Counted from the first letter of the stretch, positions 29,851-40,417 are shown. The stretch is DNA of 64,000 nt from an uncultured virus (IMG/VR IMGVR_UViG_3300032050_000089) (IMGVR_UViG_3300032050_000089), one strand, 5' to 3'. Program-made: numbers and translations. The notes: generated by a model not told the origin, from the letters alone.

Positions 29851-30768
29851 TTAAATACCCTCTGAAAACGGATTATCTTCGCTATAGTCGATTAAGCTTG
29901 GGGTGACTCCAGCGTAATAATCTTGCACAAGCATGTCGAATGGATTGTCAATGTCAGAAATATTATCTGTTTCTGTATTGAAGTAGGTAACCACATTGGA
30001 AGATGTAGCACCAGTCATTGAAGCAGTAATTCCAAATTCATTTGATACCACAATATCTCCAGATACGAATGTGCCCTTGATCGGAGATAGTGTAAGTTGC
30101 TTCACTCTGGTATTGTAATTCACAATAGCAGCAGTCTTTGGAGATGAACCCAAGGTGAAACCGTTCTGGTATAGTTTATCACCGATGGTAAACTCATTCA
30201 TGAAAGTACCACCAGCCTCATTGATAAACAATGAGTATGTTTCCTTTGAACGATCCATAATAGTATCCAATGGCGAATCTGTATTGAATTCTTCGTGGGA
30301 GAAGACAAAAGTTTCGCAGAATAATGTGAAAGTATAAAGTTTACCTAGTTGATAGAACGGTGTTTCGTGTTCAACAAAATTTATTTCAAAGAAGGTCTTA
30401 GATAAAGGAAAGTAAATAAGATCACCTTCTCTTGGGCGAGTGATTGTGTTAAATCTTTCCGTTACTTCTTTTGTAAATCTTTTCTTTGAAACAACTAAAG
30501 TAACATCGTCCTTTACTTCAATACCAAATCTTGAGGCCAAATCTCCTGCACCACCAAATCCATTGACAGTTGCTGGATACATCTCAATCTCAATTTTATT
30601 GGTAAATGTAGAAAGCGGATCTTCTCCATAAAGAACAGAAATATTATTATATTCTCTTGGAATGTAAAAGCAGTTTTTGCCCATCATTCGAATCGTTTCG
30701 ATTACGATGGACTCTGTAACATTCTGCTCTCCAGAATAATTGTCTCTGAAATATGGATTTGTTGCCAT
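29851..30768 (-). CDS. gp14: Neck protein
   Basis: MATNPYF, YIPR, GED..S.F, IEMY, RPREGDLIYFP, FVEHETPFYQLGK. Confidence 0.95.
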   Translation of the reverse strand: MATNPYFRDNYSGEQNVTESIVIETIRMMGKNCFYIPREYNNISVLYGEDPLSTFTNKIEIEMYPATVNGFGGAGDLASRFGIEVKDDVTLVVSKKRFTKEVTERFNTITRPREGDLIYFPLSKTFFEINFVEHETPFYQLGKLYTFTLFCETFVFSHEEFNTDSPLDTIMDRSKETYSLFINEAGGTFMNEFTIGDKLYQNGFTLGSSPKTAAIVNYNTRVKQLTLSPIKGTFVSGDIVVSNEFGITASMTGATSSNVVTYFNTETDNISDIDNPFDMLVQDYYAGVTPSLIDYSEDNPFSEGI

Positions 30769-30770
30769 TT

Positions 30771-31577
30771 TTATCCTGTCATGAAGTCAGGTGGATATTC
30801 ATACGCAGATCTAACTTGTTCTTCTAAGATGGCGATTTCCTGTATTGCTTCTCCGAAAATTGAGGATCCTCTAGTGACAATACCACCGGGAAGCTGAACA
30901 CCATCAAACTTTGAAAGATTTGCGCCCCATTGTCTCTTGATAAGAGCCGTTACATATTTCTTTAGAAGAATGTCATTATAAATTTCTGTGTATCTTTCTG
31001 GGTCTAACAGAACATATGCCTCGACAGCTAGATGTGTTCCGGCTTTCATTTCAGTCCAGTCAGTTTCAATTTGAAGCTTGTTTGTGACCTTGGAGAATCG
31101 AATAGCTCTTTCTGGATCAAACATCATTTCAATTAGTCTGATATATCTTTTAGCAATGTCATAAGTTGCTACTGGAGCAGCACCGCTTGTGTTAAGATTA
31201 GTATTAATACCGAAGAAGTCATTCAACGCTAGCTGGTAGCGAATGTCAAAAAAGTTGTTTGAGCTATGAGTACCAAAAGGAAAAATTCTTATGATCGATA
31301 AAATGTCTCGCCCATCCGGACGGCCAGACGCATCAGCACCAACCATGGGGCCAAAGGCATCTGTATTGATATATTTGCGATCTACGTCTTGCTGAGTGAC
31401 AACATAATCAAAATAGCAACGATCCACTCCATCAAAATGCCTCTCGGCAAAGAACTGGAGTGCATCGTCAAGCCTGTCATAGGCTTGCTGCATATCGACA
31501 TTTATTTCGATTACAGGTGATCCTAAAGCTCTAAAAGCGTAATCTATTAAAGATTCTCTGGAATTTAATGCTGGCAT
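30771..31577 (-). CDS. gp13: Neck protein
   Basis: RALGSPVIEINVD, HFDG, LKKYVTALIKRQWGANLSKFDGVQLPGG. Confidence 0.96.
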   Translation of the reverse strand: MPALNSRESLIDYAFRALGSPVIEINVDMQQAYDRLDDALQFFAERHFDGVDRCYFDYVVTQQDVDRKYINTDAFGPMVGADASGRPDGRDILSIIRIFPFGTHSSNNFFDIRYQLALNDFFGINTNLNTSGAAPVATYDIAKRYIRLIEMMFDPERAIRFSKVTNKLQIETDWTEMKAGTHLAVEAYVLLDPERYTEIYNDILLKKYVTALIKRQWGANLSKFDGVQLPGGIVTRGSSIFGEAIQEIAILEEQVRSAYEYPPDFMTG

Positions 31578-31601
31578 ACTATTATGTATGCTGCATTAGA
31601 T

Positions 31602-32183
31602 TCAGTCAGATTTTTTCTTAAACATATTTTTAAGTTCATCTTGGGTTACTTGCTTGGCTAAACCAAGGGCAGCAGGATCAAATTCATGCTGTGTAACTTG
31701 AACTTCCTGTACATCCGTAAAATCCATATTTTCAATATAGAATTTTCTTGTAATAGGTTCGTTAGCTTCATCTGGATTGCTCTGTTTATAGTTTGAGAAT
31801 CCCGGCATGGCCAACGGACAGGATAGGAAGGGGAAGTCTAACTTTGAATACTCTTCAGCGGTTCCGTTGAGCCAAGTAGCCTTCTTATCTCCGCAGCCAC
31901 ATCCACCGCAATAGAATTTACCTTCAGTAGATGACTGTTTTAGATGTTGACATGGTGGCAATTCACCGCCAGAAGATTCATTACCAAAGCAACTCAACAC
32001 TCTTAGTTGCTTGATTTCCTTGGGGGCCTTTTCTTTTGACAGTCCTCTAGAGGCATAAGCCAAAGCAAACCCCTGAATCATCGTATAGAGTTTTTTTACA
32101 TCAGTTTTTCCAGATGAAATATCTCTGAAAATTCTCACTTTATTACCATTATTATCTTTGCCTTTATTACAACCACAACTCAC
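31602..32183 (-). CDS. Cys-rich small protein (CGGCGCG; DUF6171-like)
   Basis: GTG start with GGAGGTG SD; SCGC, SCFG, PPC, YCGGCGCGD, KL...CPL. Confidence 0.7.
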   Translation of the reverse strand: MSCGCNKGKDNNGNKVRIFRDISSGKTDVKKLYTMIQGFALAYASRGLSKEKAPKEIKQLRVLSCFGNESSGGELPPCQHLKQSSTEGKFYCGGCGCGDKKATWLNGTAEEYSKLDFPFLSCPLAMPGFSNYKQSNPDEANEPITRKFYIENMDFTDVQEVQVTQHEFDPAALGLAKQVTQDELKNMFKKKSD

Positions 32184-32195
32184 AATTCACCTCCA

Positions 32196-32924
32196 TTACG
32201 GGTGGAATGTTAACCCGTTAAGATATGTAGCACTGTTTGTAACACCAGTTAGACCGCTATTAAAGTAACTAAAAATTGGCTCAAAGTTTCCTGTAAAGCC
32301 AGAAACTGTACTAAACATTACAGATCCTAGACCTACAATATAACGATCCGCTCCGGGTATGCTTGGGTCTGAAGTTCCATCAGAATTATCACCTAGATCG
32401 TTTGTCGCAGTAGCTCCACTATACCCTTCAGTCTTGGAAAGACCAATATAATAGTTTGTAGCTGGTGCCATGACAAATGAGGTTACGGTAGCTGGGGAAT
32501 TGTCATAGTGTACCCAAGTTCTCAATCCAGCATCAGTCTTGACTAGATACCAACCAGTTCTAAACTGGACTTGTAGAGAATTGGTTCCAACTTGTGTAAT
32601 ACCAATAAGTTTAGTATCAGATCCAATAGTATCAGTCTTTGGATATAGAGGAATAGCCCCATCCCACTTAGGGAAATCTAGATTGTTGCTAAAGCATTCT
32701 TTAGCCCATGCTCCTAACATTTCAAAATTTAGAGTGTTGTCAAGAAGACGTTTTTCTTGCAGTTCGTTCAATTCAGAGGCCTGAAGCGGATTTCCGGGCT
32801 GAAAAGCTACAAGTTGATTATTTGAAAACCCAAATGTAGTACCAACATCAGAATCGTATGTTCTGCTGTAATATGGTGACTGCTTTAGTGGAAAGTCATT
32901 TGAGTTGAATGGGGTATTTGCCAT
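32196..32924 (-). CDS. Short DUF4815/VrlC-like baseplate-associated protein
   Basis: SPYY, FQPG.PLQASELNELQ, DNS.G......PGADRY motifs. Confidence 0.7.
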   Translation of the reverse strand: MANTPFNSNDFPLKQSPYYSRTYDSDVGTTFGFSNNQLVAFQPGNPLQASELNELQEKRLLDNTLNFEMLGAWAKECFSNNLDFPKWDGAIPLYPKTDTIGSDTKLIGITQVGTNSLQVQFRTGWYLVKTDAGLRTWVHYDNSPATVTSFVMAPATNYYIGLSKTEGYSGATATNDLGDNSDGTSDPSIPGADRYIVGLGSVMFSTVSGFTGNFEPIFSYFNSGLTGVTNSATYLNGLTFHP

Positions 32925-32925
32925 G

Positions 32926-33609
32926 TTAGATTACCAATGTCTTGTATCCTAGAATATTGAATGATTCTTCTATAGTCTTCTTGTCAGCAGCAGTGGCAGC
33001 GGTCGAGCTGACATCGATTTTGACAGTATATGTATTTTCAGAAGTTTTATCCTGAAGCTTATTTGTGGGTCCAATATTTGTAGAATTCAGTACAAAAGTA
33101 GTATTAGAATAATTGGCCGTAACTCCAGCAGTGAATCCATAAATTTGTTTAATAAAATACTCATATGAAGAATCAGTTCCCTTTACTGCAAGATATTTTT
33201 TCTGAATGTTTTCTATAAAGGGTCTGAAGTTTTCTACTTGTGTGGAGGTATATGATATTCCATGAAAATCATGTGCGTACAGATAAATCAATTCATCGAC
33301 TGAACTAAACGGGCATTCGCGCAGACCCAATAGTTTTTCAAGTTCATAATCTGCCCCAAATCCTCCACCAGAAACGACAGTAAATAGCCAGTCATAATAA
33401 TTTTGTAAGAAGCTTACAAATCTTACTGGATTTTTATTGTGTTGTTCTCGTATCCATTGAGGAAAGTATTCTTCAACGAAAATTTTATTTGTGGGGGCAG
33501 TAGTGCTTTTAAATGTCGTAGCAATATAATTTTCCAATTCAGCAATGTAATAACTCGCATCGAATGATACGGTTAAACCTTGAGTTTCTGGATTGAAAAA
33601 TAATATCAT
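32926..33609 (-). CDS. Baseplate wedge protein, gp7-like (short)
   Basis: FPQWIRE, FV.FLQ.YYDWL, Y..KGT..SY..F...YG; follows gp6. Confidence 0.6.
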   Translation of the reverse strand: MILFFNPETQGLTVSFDASYYIAELENYIATTFKSTTAPTNKIFVEEYFPQWIREQHNKNPVRFVSFLQNYYDWLFTVVSGGGFGADYELEKLLGLRECPFSSVDELIYLYAHDFHGISYTSTQVENFRPFIENIQKKYLAVKGTDSSYEYFIKQIYGFTAGVTANYSNTTFVLNSTNIGPTNKLQDKTSENTYTVKIDVSSTAATAADKKTIEESFNILGYKTLVI

Positions 33610-35291
33610 AGTATTTCTGTAGTTACTGTAAATGTAGGATCAACTACAAAGTTCTTAACAGCTTCCATATCCTTGACAACAAAATTAAAGATGATGCTTG
33701 TTGCATTAAAAGAACTCTTAAGAGAAATGACTCCTGTTTTGGGATTAAATCTTCCGACATAATCCATAAAAACATCAGAGGAATTCTTCATTTGAATTTT
33801 GTAAAACCCAGTAATATCTGCTACGGTTGAACTTGTGAGCTTTACTGAGCCATATTTTGAAGTAAAAAGTTCTGTATTGAAACTTACAATTTCATTCTCA
33901 AATCCAAAATTTATACCATTTGAAAGGCTGTGTGTGTAGGTCGCAGTCATTGAAATGGTCGTTTGATTCGTTGATAATGAAGAATCAACAGTTCTCATTA
34001 TAGCAAGTAAATCTTCAGAATTGACGCTATTGAAAAATTCATTAACGTCATATACTGTTAGAGCAGATTCGATTCCTGATTTTAATTGAGCAGCAGTCTT
34101 CTTTGTTTTTGGAAGATACTTAGCTGCTATAGTAACAGCAAGTGAGACTGTGATTGGTGACGTATATTTGACTGTTATATTGCCAGCCTTAAAATCAGCC
34201 AGATCGGAAATAATTTGATTTCCAATTGTGCTTGTTGAATTTATGACCGAGAAATAACAAGTTCCAAATTCTTTAAGATTGGTATTTGCACCATTCCATA
34301 CAGATATGTTAGTATCAATATCTTTAGTGGTATCATAAGTAGAATGTGTGCCGATGAATCCCTTAAGATCGTTGATTGTTACTATTCTTTTATTGGTTGG
34401 ATTCAATGCAAAAATAAGCGGAGAAACTTCTCTTAGATACTCAACGCCTATTTGATTTAGACCACCAGAAGAATTAATATTTGTTGATATTGTAAAATAT
34501 GGATTCGTTGATGTAAATACTTTGCAATTATTGCCTGATGTTCCACTTGAACGAATATAGTATAAAACTATTTCGTTAGAAGTAAGTGGAATGTCACCAG
34601 CAGCATTTAATCTAGAATCTTGTCTTGACCCACCAAATACAATTCTATATTTACCATTCACCTTTTCGACAAAGAAGACCTTTGAAGAACTCGTAGGAAC
34701 TCCGGTAAAATTGACTGCGTTCGTCCAATAGATATTAGCCACAGAAACATAAATGTTTGCAATATCAATATTTGTGTCATCAAGTTCAATATAAGTTTCG
34801 TTTGCATCCAAGAAATGCACTTCACTTACAATTGTTCCTTCAGTCACAGGAATATCAAGATATCCACTTGAAAAGGTTTGAGTGTTGCCAGTATAGATGA
34901 ATGATTTTTTACCGAATTCATTGCTCGCGGTAAATAAATCAAATTTTTGAAGAGTTACCGAAGGTGAACCGGGTTTAAAGGTTAGTCTTATATTTGCAGT
35001 TGCAGATTTGTATCCGGGAGCAGTATATCCTATACCTTTCAAAATATTCTCAATTGAAGATACCTTGGTGGCATTTTCAACGCTAGTTTCTTGATATAAG
35101 GCATAAATGTAATATGCATAATATAGGGTATTATATGATAAAACTGAAAGTAGAGAATCTGAAACTGAACCAGTTTCAAAGCCAATATCCTTACCAATAT
35201 CTGTTTGCGTTTGTAGATATGTCTTAAGATCAGATTTTATTGAATCAAAATCTAATGCGGAAATGTCTAAATTATTGGTTGATATTGCCAT
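33606..35291 (-). CDS. gp6: Baseplate wedge subunit
   Basis: LDFDSIKSDLK.YL, LL.VLSYNT.Y, IGY.....SA, Y.IVFG, RIVT..D. Confidence 0.88.
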   Translation of the reverse strand: MAISTNNLDISALDFDSIKSDLKTYLQTQTDIGKDIGFETGSVSDSLLSVLSYNTLYYAYYIYALYQETSVENATKVSSIENILKGIGYTAPGYKSATANIRLTFKPGSPSVTLQKFDLFTASNEFGKKSFIYTGNTQTFSSGYLDIPVTEGTIVSEVHFLDANETYIELDDTNIDIANIYVSVANIYWTNAVNFTGVPTSSSKVFFVEKVNGKYRIVFGGSRQDSRLNAAGDIPLTSNEIVLYYIRSSGTSGNNCKVFTSTNPYFTISTNINSSGGLNQIGVEYLREVSPLIFALNPTNKRIVTINDLKGFIGTHSTYDTTKDIDTNISVWNGANTNLKEFGTCYFSVINSTSTIGNQIISDLADFKAGNITVKYTSPITVSLAVTIAAKYLPKTKKTAAQLKSGIESALTVYDVNEFFNSVNSEDLLAIMRTVDSSLSTNQTTISMTATYTHSLSNGINFGFENEIVSFNTELFTSKYGSVKLTSSTVADITGFYKIQMKNSSDVFMDYVGRFNPKTGVISLKSSFNATSIIFNFVVKDMEAVKNFVVDPTFTVTTEIL

Positions 35292-35292
35292 T

Positions 35293-35667
35293 TTAGTATA
35301 AGTTCTGTTCTATTTTAACTATATTTGATCTACCAGACGCATTTGATTTTGTTTTATAACGAATATCCAGAGAAACTTTATTATTGGTAACGCTGTTTGT
35401 GGTGATTTCTGCCTCCGCAATCTCTCCATTAGTCACATGAGTAAGATAATCGGGTATTAAACTTAAATAATATTCTCTATAAATTGGATCAACCGAATAG
35501 TTTAAACTTGAAAGAGGCGAATTTATGGCAAAATCTGAAATAATATCACCTGTTTTGACATTGACTAGATTTGTAATGGTCTGATTCAAAGCAGAAGTAG
35601 TATTCAAAAGCACAAAATCTTTGCTTTTTGCCGATACTGTTAAGTTTAAATCAAAATCTTTTGCCAT
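35293..35667 (-). CDS. gp25: Baseplate wedge subunit, gp25-like (diverged)
   Basis: KDFDLNL, ALNQ.I.NLV....G; size and position immediately before gp6. Confidence 0.65.
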   Translation of the reverse strand: MAKDFDLNLTVSAKSKDFVLLNTTSALNQTITNLVNVKTGDIISDFAINSPLSSLNYSVDPIYREYYLSLIPDYLTHVTNGEIAEAEITTNSVTNNKVSLDIRYKTKSNASGRSNIVKIEQNLY

Positions 35668-35668
35668 A

Positions 35669-36451
35669 TTAGCTATTTATTATTCCTAGTGATGAGGAAT
35701 CAGATGGATTTCTTAGATCTAAATTTCCAATGAGTAAATCATAAGAAGCACATTCTAATTCTGTTTCATACGTTCTATCCCTATTAAAAACATGTGTTAG
35801 ATTTAAAACAAGCCACTTACCACTGAAACCAGAAAAAGTTATAGCTTCATTTTCTTTCGTCAGCGGTCTTCTATCTTCTATGTTAATAACTAAACCAACA
35901 TCGAAATTTAAATATCCTCTTACTCTTAATTTAATTCTTCTCGCATTAAGTAAAGATTCAAGTGCATTTCTATACAAAGGAGCCTTTAAATGTGTATTAT
36001 AATACGAAGCAGACAATCTTTTATAAGATAGGTAATTTAAAAAAGCTGGCGTGACATAGGGACAATCACATGACATAGGGGATTGAGGACTTGACCAATC
36101 ACATCCCAAATATTGTGTCCCTAAAATTGCAGAAATTCCAGCACACTCAGAAGAAGCAGTTAGCAAAGATTGCAATTCTTCATCTTTTGGTTCTATTCCC
36201 GCAACAATATTTATTGTAGCTGATCCCGATCCACCAGATGGACCTACGAACGATTCCATTGTCGGATAATAATCGTTGAGTCTTGGAAATTTTTTAATAC
36301 AATCTTGTATATCAGTTGGTTGATTATCAACTGCATCTGGATTTGCACAAATATACTGCTCAATTTGAGAAAATCGCTCACTATGTTCGTGGACATCGTG
36401 TAAAAAATGTGTTAGTATTCTTTTAAATTGCTTCATTTTAGGTATATCCAA
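35669..36451 (-). CDS. Probable baseplate hub C-terminal-type protein (gp27-like)
   Basis: I.LRVRG...F.VG.VI.I, FSGKWLVLNLTHVF motif typical of hub C-termini. Confidence 0.5.
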   Translation of the reverse strand: MDIPKMKQFKRILTHFLHDVHEHSERFSQIEQYICANPDAVDNQPTDIQDCIKKFPRLNDYYPTMESFVGPSGGSGSATINIVAGIEPKDEELQSLLTASSECAGISAILGTQYLGCDWSSPQSPMSCDCPYVTPAFLNYLSYKRLSASYYNTHLKAPLYRNALESLLNARRIKLRVRGYLNFDVGLVINIEDRRPLTKENEAITFSGFSGKWLVLNLTHVFNRDRTYETELECASYDLLIGNLDLRNPSDSSSLGIINS

Positions 36452-38933
36452 TCGGATACGGTCTTATAAACTTAAATGGATCTGATTGTGGCGAAGCAGT
36501 AAACCCTACTATAGGATTTTTATTATCACTTAGCTCACATTCAATACCACAGAATCCATCTATTGAATTTTGAACATCAAAGGTGTAATAATTTGTGTTT
36601 GGACATATTATAAAATTACTTGTTCTCCCATCTACAATTGCTGTAACGCCAGCACAGGTATATGTAAGTCCTGAAATTCCTTTAAGATTTTTTAAATCTT
36701 TTCTAAATATTTTCGTAATGTGTTCTCTTGATCTTATATTACATTTTGTTGTAGTAAGCTGAGATTGTGATGCCAAAAATTCATTAGCATTATCTAATGA
36801 CCAATTTTGTTTAATACAGCCAATAGGCATGATTCTATAATCATTCAGCGCAAATGTATCAGTTACAATTCCTCCAGAACCAATTTGACGTAAAATAAGC
36901 TGTTTCAATGATAAATCATACCCAGATCCACCATAAAAAAATCCAGTTGCGCCTAAAGTAAGACCATTCGAAAAATATGTAAAATTTGGATCAATAGCAC
37001 TTCCGGGGTTGTCAACTGGAACATTAACATGAAAATTCATAGTTTCATTTGTATTAAAACAATAGCCAGTTACTCCATCCTTCAATCCAGCAACTAAGAA
37101 ATGTATATTTGATCTTGTTAAGCCAGCAGCAAGTCCTGCCATACCAAGATTTATGTTAAATTGCGTAGTTACAATTCCTGTTGGCCAATAAAATGAATCA
37201 TATTTTGATAAATCTAACGTGATTCCGCTCATAGTAACTCCCCTTAGAGCAGTGCTAGATCCTTGAATTAAAGTAAATCCACTTAAATTTGTATCTATTG
37301 AATTAAAGAAAATATTAAAATCTAAAGGTATATACTCAATCTGTTTGAATGTATAAAGATAAACTGGATGCTTAGTATCTGTCGAATTGGTTAAAACACT
37401 ATGATATTTAACAACGGCATCAATAGTATTTACATCTTCATCATCACCCAACAAACAACATAAAACATATTTAAAAACATTAAACTTTTCTTTTAGTTCT
37501 ATTTTTTTTCTATAAATTTTTTTTGCACTTTCATTTAAATTTAAAATTTCAATTATTTTTCGGACCATCCCTATACTATTCGTAATCCCCGGGGAATTGT
37601 TTTCTGTTAAGTCATCGTCAGTAAACGGGAAAATATCAAACATTGTTTGATATAGTTTATCAGTAGTTTTGGTGGAATCAATATTTAAGAAATTATTGAA
37701 CGAAGGATCATAATTTGTATTTAAATAAGTAGAATCATAGTAGCCGTAAGGTTTATCATCAACAAATCTTTTCATCGGAATATACGCAGGATAAGATTGC
37801 TGTATAGAAAAAGATGTCGTTAATCCATTTAGACATTCACCAGTTTCTGGATCTGTTTGATTACATGTAAATGTTGTAAATTCTAAAGGAGTATCGGGAA
37901 ATGTATATGAAATGCCTCTATCGTAATCTTCTGATAATTTATTAAAGTCAGTATTTAACTCAGTAATATCAAATTCTATATTTCTTCTAATAAAAGATTT
38001 ATTTCCCAAATAATCGAAATAGTAATTTGAAAAATCTGGATAAACACATTCATAATAAGAACTTAAGGCACCTTCTGATATTAACCGAGAAAATGAAAAA
38101 TTCTTTATTGATACTAGTTCAAACGGTACTTCACGACCGGGAAATGTGTTTATATTACCAACAATATACGTTGTCGGGTGTTCAATAGGTTCTGTTGGTA
38201 AAATATTAACAAAATTTAAAAATGTATTTACATCTTCATAAACATAAAACGAAGGAAAAAGGTTATTTCCCATTGCATATTTACTCATATATTCTAAATG
38301 GGCAAAGGGAGAATCATCTGTGATTCTATTATTTGGAAATATTAAATTTTTATTTTTTAAATAATATTGAGTAGTAGTATCAAACTCTGAGGGTTGAAAT
38401 ATAAATTTAACATCTTCACAAATTTTATCAAAAATTTTATTACTATAGTCTATAGTACCATATTTTAAAACAGATAAATCTGCGTTTATTGTGTCTGTAT
38501 TAATAGCTTTTAAATTTTTATAAAAATTTATTGATAATAGTTTAAATGTTATAAGTTTTGAATATTTACGATCAGTTGCAGCATTAGAATATTCAGTTTC
38601 TGAAACAACATAATATGTCTCAAAACCTTCAGATTCACCTTCAGTAGTCGTAAGAGGATCAGGTGCTATAGAAATTTTTATAATATCTTTACCAGATGGA
38701 TTTAATTTTCCAATAATATCACCACGATCTTTAAGTACTAAAATACCATTAGCAAATTTGTGGTCAATGCCAGAAGACAATTCTAATCTTTCAAACATCG
38801 AAGTAGCTACATCCCCAACTAAAGTAAATGTTGGGTTAGGTTCTATAGGAGTATCTAATAGCAAAGCCTCAAAAGCTCCCGTAGAAACATGATAAAAACT
38901 AATTTCATTAATATTAATATATTTTGGAAGCAT
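36438..38933 (-). CDS. Probable baseplate hub N-terminal-type protein with large insertion
   Basis: G.LVLKD, G.DII.I.I, P...LEYM..YA, FYVYED...LNF; position after gp53. Confidence 0.5.
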   Translation of the reverse strand: MLPKYININEISFYHVSTGAFEALLLDTPIEPNPTFTLVGDVATSMFERLELSSGIDHKFANGILVLKDRGDIIGKLNPSGKDIIKISIAPDPLTTTEGESEGFETYYVVSETEYSNAATDRKYSKLITFKLLSINFYKNLKAINTDTINADLSVLKYGTIDYSNKIFDKICEDVKFIFQPSEFDTTTQYYLKNKNLIFPNNRITDDSPFAHLEYMSKYAMGNNLFPSFYVYEDVNTFLNFVNILPTEPIEHPTTYIVGNINTFPGREVPFELVSIKNFSFSRLISEGALSSYYECVYPDFSNYYFDYLGNKSFIRRNIEFDITELNTDFNKLSEDYDRGISYTFPDTPLEFTTFTCNQTDPETGECLNGLTTSFSIQQSYPAYIPMKRFVDDKPYGYYDSTYLNTNYDPSFNNFLNIDSTKTTDKLYQTMFDIFPFTDDDLTENNSPGITNSIGMVRKIIEILNLNESAKKIYRKKIELKEKFNVFKYVLCCLLGDDEDVNTIDAVVKYHSVLTNSTDTKHPVYLYTFKQIEYIPLDFNIFFNSIDTNLSGFTLIQGSSTALRGVTMSGITLDLSKYDSFYWPTGIVTTQFNINLGMAGLAAGLTRSNIHFLVAGLKDGVTGYCFNTNETMNFHVNVPVDNPGSAIDPNFTYFSNGLTLGATGFFYGGSGYDLSLKQLILRQIGSGGIVTDTFALNDYRIMPIGCIKQNWSLDNANEFLASQSQLTTTKCNIRSREHITKIFRKDLKNLKGISGLTYTCAGVTAIVDGRTSNFIICPNTNYYTFDVQNSIDGFCGIECELSDNKNPIVGFTASPQSDPFKFIRPYPIGYT

Positions 38934-38934
38934 A

Positions 38935-39636
38935 TTATAGTCTGTTCAATGTAAATGTACTTAGATCGCTTGATGCTTGACTTTGGGTTGACGAATATGT
39001 ATCTGCAAATGCGTATTGAGATTTTGTTCCAGAGAAATGTGAATTAATGAGTGTTGGATTATACTTTTGTACCTTACCACCATCATCTGATACGAAGTTA
39101 AGAGGAAATTTATTTTTAGTGCTACTTTGGGTTATAGTAGCATCGTCGTAAAAGATAGCACCATTTCTTATCACTTGCACAGCATCGGTCGCAAGTAATT
39201 TTCCTTTGTATTTTGTAGAAATAGCAATGTTATCTGTAGAATCTGTTAATCTTTGTATAGAAGTTATTACAAAAAAATTATTAGTTGGATCAAAAAATGA
39301 TCCTACTTTTTTGACAATGATATCACCGACCTGTAAATTAGGAAGAGCGTTTAAAATATAATAAACAGAATTTAATTCTTTAGTAATAAAGTATTTTGTT
39401 TTTGGTAAATCTGATTTTGGATTTACAATCTTTGATTTTTGTAATATTTGAAAACTTCTATTTGAATCTCCATATTTTGCATAAGAAACTTGTTCCGGTG
39501 AAAAGTATTCAGATGGTCTAAAAGATTCTTCCACTACATCTGGTAACTTAATCTTACCAAAGATATCTGCTATTTTGATATCTTTATTACCTTCAATTTT
39601 TGATAAAGTAAAAGTATTTTTGATATTAAGTTTCAT
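38935..39636 (-). CDS. gp53: Baseplate wedge protein gp53-like
   Basis: DIF.KI, PEQVSY..YGD, IVNP..DLP; follows gp48. Confidence 0.65.
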   Translation of the reverse strand: MKLNIKNTFTLSKIEGNKDIKIADIFGKIKLPDVVEESFRPSEYFSPEQVSYAKYGDSNRSFQILQKSKIVNPKSDLPKTKYFITKELNSVYYILNALPNLQVGDIIVKKVGSFFDPTNNFFVITSIQRLTDSTDNIAISTKYKGKLLATDAVQVIRNGAIFYDDATITQSSTKNKFPLNFVSDDGGKVQKYNPTLINSHFSGTKSQYAFADTYSSTQSQASSDLSTFTLNRL

Positions 39637-40397
39637 TAGCCTAATCCTGCTGCAATTTCAGACTTGCTTCTGATACCACCAAGAGCACCGGGAACTCTTG
39701 TACCGGGTTCGAATTCCATAAAGGTCAATGACAGTCTAGTGGCTACTGGACTTCCGTCTATTCTATAACGAGGAACATAAGCATCCTGCTGTGGAATAGG
39801 GCTTACTGCAACCGCGCCCAATACACATACTAAAGGTTCTTGTAGCCATTGAGAGGTAACTCTATAATTATTGCCTGCTATTCTCCATAGAGGTGGTGGA
39901 TATGCCTTTTCTGGAACTCCACCAGTAACTGGATAAGACATGGTATTAAATAAATCGCAAATGGACCACACAACATCGGCTTCCTGAGCATTCTTTGGAA
40001 CAAATAGATATTGAAATCTAAATTGCCGTCTAGCTTCTGATAATAACGACAGTTCAGTAATATTTGAAAATCTTCTGTACGTTTCCGTGGCAACTAATGG
40101 CTCCACAAAACCAAAGACAGAAGAGGCTATACGCTCAGTCAGAGCCAATGGACCACCCGCATTTGCCATACCAGCAACGCTAAGGTGGGGACCAACAAAG
40201 CTAAGTTCTTCATTGAATGTATGCTTTGTTTCTAGATCATAGTTCATAGGCAATGGCAATATAACTGTTTCGACAGCTCTAGAAGCCACTCCAGCCCTAG
40301 TTCTATTCTGTGCTCGGACTGAGTAATCGGCAGCAGAAAAGTAAATCCAGAATGGATTTTCGGCTGCATATGCTAATGGATATCTATAAACTCCCAT
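39636..40397 (-). CDS. gp48: Baseplate tail-tube cap
   Basis: YRYPL, ILPLP, RQFRFQYLFVPKNAQEA, PVATRLSLTFME. Confidence 0.75.
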   Translation of the reverse strand: MGVYRYPLAYAAENPFWIYFSAADYSVRAQNRTRAGVASRAVETVILPLPMNYDLETKHTFNEELSFVGPHLSVAGMANAGGPLALTERIASSVFGFVEPLVATETYRRFSNITELSLLSEARRQFRFQYLFVPKNAQEADVVWSICDLFNTMSYPVTGGVPEKAYPPPLWRIAGNNYRVTSQWLQEPLVCVLGAVAVSPIPQQDAYVPRYRIDGSPVATRLSLTFMEFEPGTRVPGALGGIRSKSEIAAGLG

Positions 40398-40401
40398 GCT
40401 T

Positions 40402-40413
40402 TATGTATAGATA
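40402..40413. promoter_or_regulatory. Overlapping divergent late-promoter boxes (TATACATA minus, TATAGATA plus)
   Basis: Each box lies 4 nt before the ATG of gp48 and gp4 respectively. Confidence 0.6.
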
Positions 40414-40417
40414 TTGT

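Noticed and set aside
36438..36451. Frameshift or intron joining the two hub-like ORFs
   Set aside because: Ordinary 14-nt overlap with its own ATG; no slippery site or intron structure seen
40310..40417. Longer gp4 start
   Set aside because: Overlaps gp48 on the other strand; a promoter box sits 4 nt before ATG 40418
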